Origin: an uncultured cyanobacterium
GTDB lineage: Bacteria > Cyanobacteriota > Cyanobacteriia > PCC-6307 > Cyanobiaceae
Reading direction: 5' to 3'
DNA: 64,000 bases
Assembly (NCBI GenBank): GCA_963697335.1
Contig: CAVONQ010000014.1
Coordinates: forward strand, 64,001 to 128,000
The notes under the pieces were generated by a model. It searched no databases. It worked only from the letters and a program-made list of their open reading frames with translations, and was not told the DNA's origin. This document shows positions 25,939-36,231 of this stretch, piece after piece. A program made the translations under genes and the position numbers. Position 1 is the first letter of the stretch; each line of letters begins with the position of its first letter.

Positions 25939-28404
25939 ATGTCCGATCCGGCCCGGTTGCTGCTGCACTGCCGCGGCACGGTGCAGGGGGTGGGCTTCCG
26001 GCCATTCGTGCACCGCCTGGCTAGCGCCCTCGCACTCACCGGCGAGGTGGAGAACGTGGACGGGGCGGTGCGGGTGGACCTGCACGGGGAACGCCCGGCC
26101 CTGGAGCGCTTTCTGGGCCGCCTCAGCCGCGAGCTGCCCGTTCCGGCACGCCTGGAGCCAGTGGAGCCCACCTGGTTGCCGCCCCTCTCCCAGCCACCGG
26201 CGGGCCTGCGCATCGCCGCGGCCGCCCCCCGGCCCCTGGGCACCGGCCTGATCGCCCCCTCCCTGGTGGCCGATCGGGCCCCCTGCCGTGCCTGCCTGGC
26301 CGAGCTGGCCGACCCCGCCAACCGCCGCCACCGCTACCCCTTCATCAGCTGCAGCGCCTGCGGGCCGCGCTACTCGATCGCCACCGCCACGCCCTTCGCC
26401 CGCGCCCACACCACTCTGGCGGCCTTCCCCCTCTGCCCCGCCTGCCGGCGGGAGTTCAGCGATCCGGCTGATCGCCGCTTCCACGCCGAGACGATCGGCT
26501 GCCCGGCCTGCGGGCCGCAGCTGAGCCTGACCCTGGCGGCGGCGGCAGATCCGGCCTGGGCCCGATTCGTTCAGGCGGCTGTAGCGCAAAGCGAACCGAT
26601 CCAGGCCGCGGCGGCGCTGCTGCTGGCCGGCGGCATCCTGGCGTTGCAGGGGGTGGGCGGCTTTCAGCTGCTGGTGGATGCTTCCCAGCCCGAGGCCATC
26701 GCCCGGCTGCGCCGGCTCAAGCGGCGCCCCCACAAGCCCCTGGCCCTGCTGGTGAGCGATCCAGCCGCCCTGGAGGGCTGCGTGCAGATCTCGCCCCTGG
26801 AGAGTGATCTGCTGCACGCCCCGGCCGCCCCGATCGTGCTGCTGAGGCGGGCCGATCCCCTGGCCCCGGAGGCCTGGCCGGGGGTGGCACCAGGCAGCGC
26901 CCAGCTGGGGGTGATGCTGAGCGCCTCGCCCCTGCACCTGCTGCTGGCCGAGGCCGTGGGCCGCCCCCTGGTGGCCACCAGCGGCAATCTCAGCGGTGAT
27001 CTGCTCTGCACCGAGCCTCTGGAGGCCCGCCAACGGTTGGCCGGCATCGCCGATGCGCTGCTGCACCACAACCGCCCCATCGCCCGCCCCCTCGACGACT
27101 CCCTGGTGCAGGTGGTGGAGGGCCGGCCACGGCTGCTGCGCCGGGCCCGGGGCCATGCCCCTGCCCCCCTGGCCCTGCCCCTGGGCCCGCCCGCCGACTG
27201 CTGCGCCCTGGCCCTGGGCGGCGACCTCAAAAACGCCGCCGCCCAGGCGAGCGAAGGGCGCATCTGGCTGGCGCCCCACCTGGGAGATCTGGCGGGGGCG
27301 CGCCAGCACAGCTTGCTGGAGGCCTGGTTGCAGGAGCAACTGGCGGGGCCGCAGCCGCCCCAGGCGATCGCCTGCGATGCCCATCCGGGCTATGCCAGCC
27401 AGCGGCTGGCATCCGCCGTCCAGGGCCGCGAGCAGCTGGTGCAGGTGCAGCACCACCGGGCCCACGGCCTCGCTGTGGCGGCGGAGCACGGCCTGCCGCT
27501 GCCCTTGCTGGTGTGGGCCTGGGATGGCCTGGGCTACGCCCCCGGCAACGGCAGGGGCAACAGCAGCAGCCAGCTCTGGGGCGGCGAACTGCTGCGGCTC
27601 CACAGTGCCGGATCCGAGCGGCTGGCCGCCCTGCGGCCCTTTCCCCTGCCCGGCGGCGAGCGGGCCATGCGGGAGCCCCGCCGGGTGGGGCTGGGCCTGC
27701 TGGCGACCCTGGAAGAAGGGCGCTGGCTCGACCACCCGGCCACGCAGCCCTGTCGCGAGGCCTTTGCCGAGGGGGAGCTGCCCCTGCTGCTGGAGGCCCT
27801 GCGGGCCGGCTGCCAGGCGCCCCAGACCTCGTCGGTGGGGCGGCTCTTCGATGGGGTGGCGTCGCTGCTGGGGGTGTGTCAACGGCAGAGCCATGAGGGC
27901 CAGGCCGGCCAGCTGCTGGAGGGTCTCGCCCGCCGCGCCCAGGCCCAGAGGGAGGCCAAGGGCCAGCGGGGGCCCCAGTCCAGGCGGGCCGGTGGCTCAC
28001 CGCTGTTGCCGCTGCTCCCGGCGCCGGACCTGCCCCTGGGCTGGCTGGACTGGCAGCCCTTGCTGCTCCACCTGCTGGAGCGGTGCAGCCAGGGGGTGGA
28101 CGCGGCCAGGTTGTCCCTGGCTGTGCACCAGGCCCTGGCCGATGCGATGGCGGCGGCTGCCGCTGCGGCCGTGCCTCCCGGGGCGCCGCTGGCCCTGGCG
28201 GGGGGCTGCTTCCAGAACGCCCTGCTGCTGGAGCTCTGCGCCGCGGCCGCCCGCTCCGCCGGGCTGCGGCCCTTCTGGAGTGAGCAGGTGCCCTGCAATG
28301 ACGGTGGCCTCGCCCTGGGCCAGCTGTGGGCAGTTCTGGGTGGCCCTCCTAGAACAGAAGCAGCCCTCGCGGCGCGGCCATGTGCCTGGCCACAGCTGGA
28401 TTGA
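25939..28404 (+). CDS. hypF: Carbamoyltransferase HypF
   Basis: GTVQGVGFRP acylphosphatase domain, CxxC zinc fingers, QHHRAH, WDGLG, NDGGLALGQ. Confidence 0.95.
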   Translation: MSDPARLLLHCRGTVQGVGFRPFVHRLASALALTGEVENVDGAVRVDLHGERPALERFLGRLSRELPVPARLEPVEPTWLPPLSQPPAGLRIAAAAPRPLGTGLIAPSLVADRAPCRACLAELADPANRRHRYPFISCSACGPRYSIATATPFARAHTTLAAFPLCPACRREFSDPADRRFHAETIGCPACGPQLSLTLAAAADPAWARFVQAAVAQSEPIQAAAALLLAGGILALQGVGGFQLLVDASQPEAIARLRRLKRRPHKPLALLVSDPAALEGCVQISPLESDLLHAPAAPIVLLRRADPLAPEAWPGVAPGSAQLGVMLSASPLHLLLAEAVGRPLVATSGNLSGDLLCTEPLEARQRLAGIADALLHHNRPIARPLDDSLVQVVEGRPRLLRRARGHAPAPLALPLGPPADCCALALGGDLKNAAAQASEGRIWLAPHLGDLAGARQHSLLEAWLQEQLAGPQPPQAIACDAHPGYASQRLASAVQGREQLVQVQHHRAHGLAVAAEHGLPLPLLVWAWDGLGYAPGNGRGNSSSQLWGGELLRLHSAGSERLAALRPFPLPGGERAMREPRRVGLGLLATLEEGRWLDHPATQPCREAFAEGELPLLLEALRAGCQAPQTSSVGRLFDGVASLLGVCQRQSHEGQAGQLLEGLARRAQAQREAKGQRGPQSRRAGGSPLLPLLPAPDLPLGWLDWQPLLLHLLERCSQGVDAARLSLAVHQALADAMAAAAAAAVPPGAPLALAGGCFQNALLLELCAAAARSAGLRPFWSEQVPCNDGGLALGQLWAVLGGPPRTEAALAARPCAWPQLD

Positions 28405-28598
28405 TCCTGGCGATCGCGGACCCTGCCGATCCCCTCTGGCGCCGGGCCGATGTGGATTTCGGCGGCGTGCGCCAGCAGGTGAGCCTGGCCTGTCTGCCCC
28501 AGGCGCTGGTGGGCGATCGGGTGCTGGTGCACGTGGGGGTGGCCCTGGCGCTGGTGGACGACGACACCGAATCCCTCCTGGCGGAGCTGGAGCCATGA
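28380..28598 (+). CDS. hypC: HypC chaperone
   Basis: MCLA...VDFGGV...GDRVLVHVGVA. Confidence 0.95.
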   Translation: MCLATAGLILAIADPADPLWRRADVDFGGVRQQVSLACLPQALVGDRVLVHVGVALALVDDDTESLLAELEP

Positions 28599-31500
28599 CC
28601 ATTGCCGCAACGCCTGATCCGGGTCCGTGCATCACGGTGGACGGCAACGAGGCCGTCGCCCGGGTGGCCTACCGCCTCAACGAGGTGATCGCCCTCTACC
28701 CGATCACGCCGGCTTCGCCGATGGGGGAATGGGCTGATGCCTGGGCCGCCGAGGGGCGCCCCAATCTCTGGGGAGCGGTGCCGGAGGTGGTGGAGCTGCA
28801 GAGCGAGGCGGGGGCGGCCGGCACGGTGCACGGAGCCCTCCAGGCCGGGGCGCTCACCACCACCTTCACGGCCTCCCAGGGGCTGCTGTTGATGGTGCCC
28901 AACCTCTACAAGCTGGCCGGCGAGCTCACGCCTGCGGTGCTGCATGTGGCGGCCCGCTCCCTGGCGGCCCAGGGGCTCTCGATCTTCGGGGACCACAGCG
29001 ACGTGATGGCCACCCGGGGCAGCGGCTGCGGCATCCTCTGCTCCGCCTCGGTGCAGGAGGCCGCCGATGGCGCCGTGATCGCCGCCCGGGCCAGCCTGCT
29101 CAGCCGCGTGCCCTTCCTGCATGTCTTCGACGGCTTCCGCACCTCCCACGAAATCCAGAAGGTGCACGGCCTCGACGACGCGCTGCTGCGCCAGATGATC
29201 CCGGAGCAGGCGATCCGGGAGCACCGCGCCAGGGCCCTCAATCCGGCCCATCCGGTGCTGCGCGGCACCGCCCAGAACCCGGACGTCTACTTCCAGGCGC
29301 GGGAAGCGGTGAACCGGTTCTATGACGCTGCGCCGGGCCACCTGCTGGAGGCGATGGAGCGGTTCGCCGCCCTCACCGGCCGCCGCTACCGCCCCTACGA
29401 CTACGCCGGCCCCGCCGATGCCGAGCGGGTGCTGGTGCTGATGGGCTCGGGGGCCGAAACCGCCCTGGAGGCAAGCGAGGCCCTGCAGGCCCGCGGCGAG
29501 CGGGTGGGGGTGCTGAAGCTGCGCCTGTTCCGGCCCTTCGCGGCCCGCTGGCTGGTGGAGGCCCTGCCCGCCAGCACCCGGGCGATCGCCGTGCTGGATC
29601 GCTGCAAGGAGCCCGGGGCGCCGGGGGAGCCGCTCTACCTCGACGTGCTCGCCGCCGTCAGCGAGGAGTGGCGCCAGGTGCATGGCCTCAAGCAGCCGCC
29701 CCTGTTGCTGGGGGGGCGCTATGGCCTCTCCTCCAAGGAGTTCACCCCGGCGATGGTGAAGGCCGTGTTCGATCACCTCCAGGCGGCGCTCGCCTGCCCA
29801 GGGGATGGTCCAAGGCCCCTCAATCACTTCACGGTGGGCATCCACGACGACGTGACCCGGCGCTCGCTGGCCCTCGACGGGGCCTTCGTCACCGAGCGTC
29901 CCCGGGCCGAGAGCGGCCAGGTGCGGGCCGTGTTCTACGGCCTCGGCTCCGATGGCACGGTGGGTGCCAACAAGGCCGCCATCAAGATCATCGGCGAGGG
30001 CACCGATCTGCATGCCCAGGGCTACTTCGTCTACGACTCCAAGAAGGCGGGCTCGGTCACGGTGTCGCACCTGCGCTTCGGGCCGCAGCCGATCCGCTCC
30101 ACCTACCTGATCCAGCGGCCCACCTTCGTGGCCTGCCACCAGTGGGACTTCCTGCGCCGCTTCGATCTGCTGGCCGGCATCGAGCCCGGCGCGGTGCTGC
30201 TGCTGAACAGCCCGTTCGAGCGGGCCGAAACCTGGATCCGGCTGCCCGCAGCCCTGCGGCAGCAGATCAGGGACGCCGACCTGCAGGTGCATCAGATCAA
30301 CGCCGAGCGGGTGGCCCGCGAGGCCGGCATGGGCCCCCACATCAACACCGTGATGCAGGCCTGTTTCTTTGCCCTCAGCGGCGTGCTGCCCCGGGAGGAG
30401 GCGATGGCCCGCATCCGCGCCTCGATCCACCACAACTACGGCCGCAAGGGCGAGGCGGTGGTGGCGATGAATCTGGCGGCCCTCGACGCCAGCCTCGATC
30501 ACCTGGAGCCCGTCGACTGGCGCCTGCTCGACGCCCAGGCTGCCGCAGACAGCAGCGACGGCCAGGCTGCCACACCCCATCCGGCCACCCTGCCTGGGCC
30601 GGGCGAGCGCCTGGCCAGCGCGCCGGCCTTTGTGCGGGAGGTGATCGGGCCGATGCTGGAGCGCCGCGGGGACGGGCTGCCGGTGAGCGCCCTGCCCTGT
30701 GATGGCACCTGGCCTGTGGGCACGGCCCAGTGGGAGAAGCGCAACATCGCCACGGCCGTGCCGGTGTGGGAGAGCGACCTCTGCGTGCAGTGCGGCAAGT
30801 GCGTGCTGGTGTGTCCCCACGGGGTGATCCGCGCCAAGGTGGCGGAGCCTGAGGCCTTCTCGGCGGCGCCTGAGGGGTTTCGCACCGCCCCCTGCCGGGA
30901 CCGGACGTTCGCCGGCCAGACCTTCACCCTGCAGGTGGCCGTTGAAGACTGCACCGGCTGCTCCCTGTGCGTGGAGGTCTGCCCGGTTCGCGATCGCCTT
31001 CAGCCGAAGCGCAAGGCGATCAACATGGCCCCCCAGCGTCCGCAGCTGCCGGCCGCCCGCGGCCACTGGGACTTCTTCCTGCAGCTGCCCAATCCGCCCC
31101 GGGAGCAGCTGGATCCGCACCGCGTCGCGCACCAGCAGTGGCTGGAGCCCCTGTTCGCCTTCTCGGGCGCCTGCGCCGGCTGTGGCGAAACCCCCTACCT
31201 CAAGCTGGCCAGCCAGCTGTTCGGCGATCGCATGCTGGTGGCCAATGCCACCGGTTGCAGCTCCATCTACGGCGGCAACCTGCCCACCACCCCCTGGAGC
31301 GCCAATGCCGAGGGGCGGGGCCCCGCCTGGAGCAACTCCCTCTTTGAAGACAACGCCGAGTTCGGCTACGGCATGCGGGTGGCCCTGGATCAGCAGCGCA
31401 GCACGGCCCTCGACCTGCTGGCTCAACTGGCGCCGCTGCTGCCGCCCAAACTGGTGGAGGCGACCAGTGAGGTCGGTGAGGGCGGTGAGGCCGCGATCCT

Positions 31501-32317
31501 GGAGCAGCGCCAGCGGGTGGCGGAGTTGAAGCGCTGCCTGCAGCAGTTGCTCGGCCTCGATGGCGGCCAGGAGTCGGCTGGGCTGAGCGGCTCCGATCGC
31601 CCGCTGGCCGAACGCCTGCTGGATCTGGCCGATGCCCTCACCAAGACCAGCGTTTGGCTGGTGGGCGGTGATGGCTGGGCCTACGACATCGGTTTCGGCG
31701 GGCTCGACCACGTGCTGGCCAGCGGTCGCGATCTGAATGTGCTGGTGCTCGACACCGAGGTGTACTCCAACACCGGTGGTCAGGCCTCCAAGGCCACACC
31801 GCTCGGGGCCGTGGCCAAGTTCGCGGCCTCGGGCAAGGCCGCCGCCAAGAAGGATCTGGGCCTGATGGCGATGACCTACGGCCACGTCTATGTGGCCAGC
31901 GTGGCGATGGGCGCCCGCGACGAGCACACGATCCGGGCCTTCCTGGAGGCCGAGAGCTATCCGGGCCCGTCCCTGATCCTGGCCTACTCCCACTGCATCG
32001 CCCACGGCATCCCCATGGCCCATGGCATGGACCACCAGAAGCTGGCCGTGGACTCGGGCCGCTGGCTCCTCTACCGCCACGACCCCCGCCGCGCCGAGCG
32101 GGGAGAGAACCCGCTGCAGCTCGACAGTCCAGCGCCGCAGCGCTCCCTGCGGGAGGCGATGGCCGCCGAACAGCGCTTCGAGGTGCTCCGCTACAGCCGG
32201 CCCGAGCGGGCCCGCGAGCTCCTGAATCAGGCCGAGGCCGAGCGGGCCCGCCGCTGGGCCAGCTACTGCGCCCTGGCCCAACCCTGGAGTGGCCAGAGCA
32301 GCCCCAGCCGGCCATGA
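28595..32317 (+). CDS. nifJ: Pyruvate:ferredoxin (flavodoxin) oxidoreductase
   Basis: ATG 28595; DGNEAVA, YPITP, QSEAGAAG, GLGSDGTVGANK, two CxxCxxCxxxC motifs, GACAGCGE, GGDGWAYDIG. Confidence 0.96.
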   Translation: MTIAATPDPGPCITVDGNEAVARVAYRLNEVIALYPITPASPMGEWADAWAAEGRPNLWGAVPEVVELQSEAGAAGTVHGALQAGALTTTFTASQGLLLMVPNLYKLAGELTPAVLHVAARSLAAQGLSIFGDHSDVMATRGSGCGILCSASVQEAADGAVIAARASLLSRVPFLHVFDGFRTSHEIQKVHGLDDALLRQMIPEQAIREHRARALNPAHPVLRGTAQNPDVYFQAREAVNRFYDAAPGHLLEAMERFAALTGRRYRPYDYAGPADAERVLVLMGSGAETALEASEALQARGERVGVLKLRLFRPFAARWLVEALPASTRAIAVLDRCKEPGAPGEPLYLDVLAAVSEEWRQVHGLKQPPLLLGGRYGLSSKEFTPAMVKAVFDHLQAALACPGDGPRPLNHFTVGIHDDVTRRSLALDGAFVTERPRAESGQVRAVFYGLGSDGTVGANKAAIKIIGEGTDLHAQGYFVYDSKKAGSVTVSHLRFGPQPIRSTYLIQRPTFVACHQWDFLRRFDLLAGIEPGAVLLLNSPFERAETWIRLPAALRQQIRDADLQVHQINAERVAREAGMGPHINTVMQACFFALSGVLPREEAMARIRASIHHNYGRKGEAVVAMNLAALDASLDHLEPVDWRLLDAQAAADSSDGQAATPHPATLPGPGERLASAPAFVREVIGPMLERRGDGLPVSALPCDGTWPVGTAQWEKRNIATAVPVWESDLCVQCGKCVLVCPHGVIRAKVAEPEAFSAAPEGFRTAPCRDRTFAGQTFTLQVAVEDCTGCSLCVEVCPVRDRLQPKRKAINMAPQRPQLPAARGHWDFFLQLPNPPREQLDPHRVAHQQWLEPLFAFSGACAGCGETPYLKLASQLFGDRMLVANATGCSSIYGGNLPTTPWSANAEGRGPAWSNSLFEDNAEFGYGMRVALDQQRSTALDLLAQLAPLLPPKLVEATSEVGEGGEAAILEQRQRVAELKRCLQQLLGLDGGQESAGLSGSDRPLAERLLDLADALTKTSVWLVGGDGWAYDIGFGGLDHVLASGRDLNVLVLDTEVYSNTGGQASKATPLGAVAKFAASGKAAAKKDLGLMAMTYGHVYVASVAMGARDEHTIRAFLEAESYPGPSLILAYSHCIAHGIPMAHGMDHQKLAVDSGRWLLYRHDPRRAERGENPLQLDSPAPQRSLREAMAAEQRFEVLRYSRPERARELLNQAEAERARRWASYCALAQPWSGQSSPSRP

Positions 32318-33348
32318 CCGGGCCCGACCTCGCCACCACCTACCTCGGCCTGCCCCTGCGCACGCCCCTGGTGGTGGGTGCTGCCGGTCCGCTCAGCGAG
32401 AGCATCGAGGCGCTGCAGGAGCTGGAGCGCTGCGGTGCGGCGGCCATCGTGCTGCACTCGCTGTTCGAGGAGCAGATCGAGCAGGAGCAGCTGGCCCTGC
32501 ACCGCTATGGCCAGCAGGGTGCCGAGAGCTACGGCGAGGCCCTCAGCTACCTGCCGGAGGCGGCGCTGGAGCACGGCGGAGCCGACGCCTACCTGCGCCT
32601 GATCGAGCAGGCCCGCCGCCGCCTGGCCATCCCGGTGATCGCCAGCCTCAATGGCCGCAGCCCTGGCCGCTGGGTGGAGACCGCTCGCCGCATCGAGGCG
32701 GCCGGCGCCGCGGCCCTGGAGCTGAACATCTACGCCGTTCCCACCGATCCGGATCTCTCCAGCGCCGCGATCGAAGCCCAGGTGGAGGAGATCGTGCGGG
32801 AGGTGCGCGCCGAGGTGACCCTGCCGGTGGCCGTGAAGCTGGGGCCGTTCTTCAGCAACTTCGGGGCGATGGCCCGGCGTGTGGAGGGCTCGGGTGCCCA
32901 GGGCCTGGTGCTGTTCAACCGCTTCTACCAGCCCGACATCGACATCGAATCGATGACCGTGCGTCCCAACCTGCTGCTCAGCACCCCCCACGACCTGCGC
33001 CTGCCGCTGCGCTGGATCGCCCTGCTGCACGGCCGCGTGGGCCTGGACCTGATCGGCAGCGGTGGCGTCCACCGGGGCACCGATGTGGTGCGCCTGCTGA
33101 TGGCCGGTGCCGCCGCCACCCAGGTGGTGGCTGCCCTGCTGCGCCATGGCCCCGTCCGCCTGCAGGGGCTGGAGGATGAACTCGCCACCTGGATGCGCGA
33201 CCACGAGGTGGCGAGCGTGGCCGGCCTGATCGGCTGTATGAGCCAGGCCCAGTGCCCCAATCCCGAGGAGTACGAGCGGGCCCAGTACATGCAGGCCATC
33301 CACAGCTACAGACCGGGCGGCACGGCCACGGCCAGGGGCCCCTGGTGA
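32314..33348 (+). CDS. Dihydroorotate dehydrogenase-like flavoprotein (PFOR-associated)
   Basis: LATTYLGLPLRTPLV, SLFEEQI, ALELNIY, VLFNRFYQPDID, ERAQYM. ATGA overlap with nifJ. Confidence 0.9.
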   Translation: MTGPDLATTYLGLPLRTPLVVGAAGPLSESIEALQELERCGAAAIVLHSLFEEQIEQEQLALHRYGQQGAESYGEALSYLPEAALEHGGADAYLRLIEQARRRLAIPVIASLNGRSPGRWVETARRIEAAGAAALELNIYAVPTDPDLSSAAIEAQVEEIVREVRAEVTLPVAVKLGPFFSNFGAMARRVEGSGAQGLVLFNRFYQPDIDIESMTVRPNLLLSTPHDLRLPLRWIALLHGRVGLDLIGSGGVHRGTDVVRLLMAGAAATQVVAALLRHGPVRLQGLEDELATWMRDHEVASVAGLIGCMSQAQCPNPEEYERAQYMQAIHSYRPGGTATARGPW

Positions 33349-34439
33349 GCAGGACCGGGGAGGTCACCGCGCTGGCCGCCAGGCTGCGGGCCACGGCCAC
33401 CCGTCCCTGGACGTTGATGGAGGTGTGCGGCGGCCAGACCCACGCGATCGTGCGCTGGGGCCTCGATCAGCTGTTGCCCGATGGGCTGCGGCTGATCCAC
33501 GGGCCGGGCTGTCCGGTGTGCGTCACCCCCGCCGCCAGCATCAACCAGGCCCTGGCCCTGGCCCGTCGCCCGGAGGTGATCCTCTGCGCCTACGGCGACA
33601 TGCTGCGGGTGCCGGGGAGTGAGCCGGGCGACGACCTGCTCCGGGTGCGGGCCGCGGGGGGGGACGTGCGCCTGCTCACCTCGCCCCTGCAGGCGATCGA
33701 GCTGGCCCAGGCCCACCCCGCCCACCAGGTGGTGTTCCTGGCCGTGGGCTTCGAGACCACCGCTCCGGCCACGGCGTTGTTGGCTCAGCAGGCGGCCCAG
33801 CTGGGTCTGGCCAACCTGTCGTTGCTGATGGCGCACGTGCGGGTGGTGCCGGCCATGGCGGCGATCCTGGCGGCGCCCGGCAACCAGGTGCAGGGCTTCC
33901 TGGCGGCCGGCCATGTGAGCACGGTGATGGGCCTGGAGGAACTGCGGCCCCTGGTGGAGCGGCATCAGGTGCCCGTGGTGGTGAGCGGCTTCGAGCCCGA
34001 GCAGCTGCTGCGCGGCGTGCTGCGCTGCGTGGAACTGCTGGAGGCCGGCAGGCCCGCCGTGCTGAACGCCTACCCACAGGTGGTGCGGGAGGGGGGCAAC
34101 CCCGGGGCCAGGGCCCTGCTGGAGGAGGTGTTCCAGGTGGTGGACCAGCCCTGGCGGGGGCTGGGGGTGATCGCGGCCGGGGGCCTGGCCCTGCGGCCCG
34201 AACTGGCCTGGCTCGATGCCCTCAGACGGTTCGATCTGGCGGAAACGGGCCGGGCCGAGGGGCCGGGAGCCCAGGAGTGCATTGCCGCCCAGGTGCTGCA
34301 GGGGCGGGCGCTGCCCAGCGACTGCGCCGCGTTCGGCAGCCGCTGCCGGCCCGAACACCCGCTGGGGGCGCCGATGGTGTCGAGCGAGGGGGCCTGCGCG
34401 GCCTACCACCGCTACCGGGCGGTTCCATGCAGGAGCTGA
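33345..34439 (+). CDS. hypD: HypD
   Basis: MEVCGGQTH, HGPGCPVCVTP, GFETT, GAPMVSSEGACAAY. Confidence 0.96.
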   Translation: MSRTGEVTALAARLRATATRPWTLMEVCGGQTHAIVRWGLDQLLPDGLRLIHGPGCPVCVTPAASINQALALARRPEVILCAYGDMLRVPGSEPGDDLLRVRAAGGDVRLLTSPLQAIELAQAHPAHQVVFLAVGFETTAPATALLAQQAAQLGLANLSLLMAHVRVVPAMAAILAAPGNQVQGFLAAGHVSTVMGLEELRPLVERHQVPVVVSGFEPEQLLRGVLRCVELLEAGRPAVLNAYPQVVREGGNPGARALLEEVFQVVDQPWRGLGVIAAGGLALRPELAWLDALRRFDLAETGRAEGPGAQECIAAQVLQGRALPSDCAAFGSRCRPEHPLGAPMVSSEGACAAYHRYRAVPCRS

Positions 34440-35449
34440 TCCAGCTGGCCCATGGCGGCGGCGGCACCCTGATGCAGCAGCTGATCGAGCGGGACCTGCG
34501 GCCCCTCTACGCCGACCCCGCCCAGGTGCTCCACGATGCCGCCAGCCTGGCGCTGCCCCATGGCCGGCTTGCCTTCAGCACCGACGGCTATGTGGTGCAG
34601 CCCCTGGAGTTTCCCGGAGGTGACATCGGTCGGCTGGCCGTGATCGGCACTGCCAATGACCTGGCCATGGCCGGAGCGCGCCCCCTGCACCTGAGTGTGG
34701 GCCTGATCCTGGAGGAGGGCCTGCCGCTGGCCCTGCTGCGCCGGGTGGTGGCCTCCATGGCCGCGGCCGCCAGGCTGTGCGGGGTGACCATCGTGACCGG
34801 TGACACCAAGGTGGTGGAGCGCGGCAAGGGCGATGGCCTGTTCATCACCACCAGCGGCATCGGCCTGCAGAGCCTGGGGGGAGCGCAGCCGGAAGCGCCC
34901 GATGGCCTGGCGATCCAGCCCACCGCAATCCGGCCGGGCGACCAGCTGCTGGTGAGCGGCGATCTGGGCCGCCATGGCGTGGCGATCCTCGCCGCCCGCC
35001 ACGGACTGCAGCTGGATCCGCCGGTTCTTTCTGACTGCGCTCCCCTCTGGCCCCCGGTGGAGCGGTTGCTGGCCGCCGGCCTGCGGCTCCACTGCCTGCG
35101 GGACCTCACCCGCGGCGGCCTGGCCAGCGCCCTGCAGGAGCTGGCCGAGGCGGCGGGGGTGGAGATGGCGATCGAGGAACCTCAGCTGCCGGTGATCGAG
35201 CCCGTGGCCCGCACCTGCGCCCTGCTGGGTTTCGAACCGCTGCATCTGGCCAACGAGGGCCGTTTCGTGGCGGTGGTGCCCCCGGAACACAGCGCCCAGG
35301 CCCTCGCCTTGTTGGAGCCCGATGGGGGGGCCTGGATCGGTGAGGTGCGGCCCGCCTCGGGCCGGCCGCGGGTGGTGCTGACCACGGCCCTGGGCACCGA
35401 ACGGCTGCTCCTGCCCCTCAGCGGGGACCTGCTGCCGAGGATCTGCTGA
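34427..35449 (+). CDS. hypE: HypE
   Basis: LAHGGGG, GTANDLAM, TGDTKVVE, RDLTRGG, C-terminal LPRIC. Confidence 0.96.
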   Translation: MQELIQLAHGGGGTLMQQLIERDLRPLYADPAQVLHDAASLALPHGRLAFSTDGYVVQPLEFPGGDIGRLAVIGTANDLAMAGARPLHLSVGLILEEGLPLALLRRVVASMAAAARLCGVTIVTGDTKVVERGKGDGLFITTSGIGLQSLGGAQPEAPDGLAIQPTAIRPGDQLLVSGDLGRHGVAILAARHGLQLDPPVLSDCAPLWPPVERLLAAGLRLHCLRDLTRGGLASALQELAEAAGVEMAIEEPQLPVIEPVARTCALLGFEPLHLANEGRFVAVVPPEHSAQALALLEPDGGAWIGEVRPASGRPRVVLTTALGTERLLLPLSGDLLPRIC

Positions 35450-35945
35450 GCGGCGCCCGTTGCCACAGGGCCAGTCCACCGCCCCGGCCCCGGGCCACCA
35501 GCCAGGCCCCATCGCCCTGGCGCCCCGTGGCGATCAGGGCGAAGAACGGCAGCGCCCGCGGCTCGGGGCGCTGCAGCGCCTTTTGCAGCAGCACTCGCTC
35601 CCCCCAGAGCAGTTGCAGGCGCTCGAACCAGAACACCAGCAGCGGCCGCCGCCCCCGCAGGGTGCCGGCGCCGTCAAAGCGGAGCTGCAGCCGGCCCAGC
35701 TGCACGCTGTTGGTCACGGCCACTGCGCCGTCGCTGCTGGGATGGAGCTCCAGGGTGGCGGCCAGGGGGCGCAGCAGGGCCGCGGCCGCCAGCGGCCTGG
35801 CCTGCTGCCGGCTCCAGAGCTGGCTCAGCAGCCAGGCCCCCTCCAGGTCAGTGGCGGTGAGGCCGGAGCCCTGGCTGCGGCTGCACCGCTCCAGCTCCAG
35901 GATCGCGGGGCCGTCGGGAGTGCTCACAGCCAGCGGGGGCACCAT
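35418..35945 (-). CDS. Hypothetical protein (possibly lipocalin/fibrillin-like)
   Basis: 175-aa ORF convergent with hypE; LEGAW...PFFALIA...ARGRGGGLALW. Confidence 0.6.
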   Translation of the reverse strand: MVPPLAVSTPDGPAILELERCSRSQGSGLTATDLEGAWLLSQLWSRQQARPLAAAALLRPLAATLELHPSSDGAVAVTNSVQLGRLQLRFDGAGTLRGRRPLLVFWFERLQLLWGERVLLQKALQRPEPRALPFFALIATGRQGDGAWLVARGRGGGLALWQRAPLSRSSAAGPR

Positions 35946-36048
35946 GCTTCACACCGCGCAATCAATCCATGGGTATCCCTGCTCAATCTGCTTGCTTCCT
36001 GGACGCGCTGTTCATACGGTTCATGCACGTTCCCTCACACAAGACGCC

Positions 36049-36231
36049 ATGACAGCCTCCCACATCCACACCTCCTTCGCCCCTCGCAGTGGTGAACATC
36101 CCACCACCGCAGGATTCCCTGCTGCCGATCATGACCCGGTAGAAGCCTACTTCGAGTGCATCACCAGTTGCTCGGTTGACGACGGCGAGTGCGTGACCAC
36201 CTGCACCGAGATCCTGCGCGAACACAACTGA
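36049..36231 (+). CDS. Small Cys-rich protein (CxxxC-x5-CxxxC)
   Basis: DPVEAYFECITSCSVDDGECVTTCTEILRE. Confidence 0.7.
   Translation: MTASHIHTSFAPRSGEHPTTAGFPAADHDPVEAYFECITSCSVDDGECVTTCTEILREHN

Noticed and set aside
26996..28594. N-terminal extension making a 1773-aa PFOR
   Set aside because: It is an off-frame shadow of hypF/hypC. PFOR homology starts at ATG 28595.
28349..32281. Long antisense ORFs (also 3193-5358, 11126-13306, 25126-27894, 43782-45110)
   Set aside because: These are stop-poor mirror frames of real genes in high-GC DNA, with no motifs.
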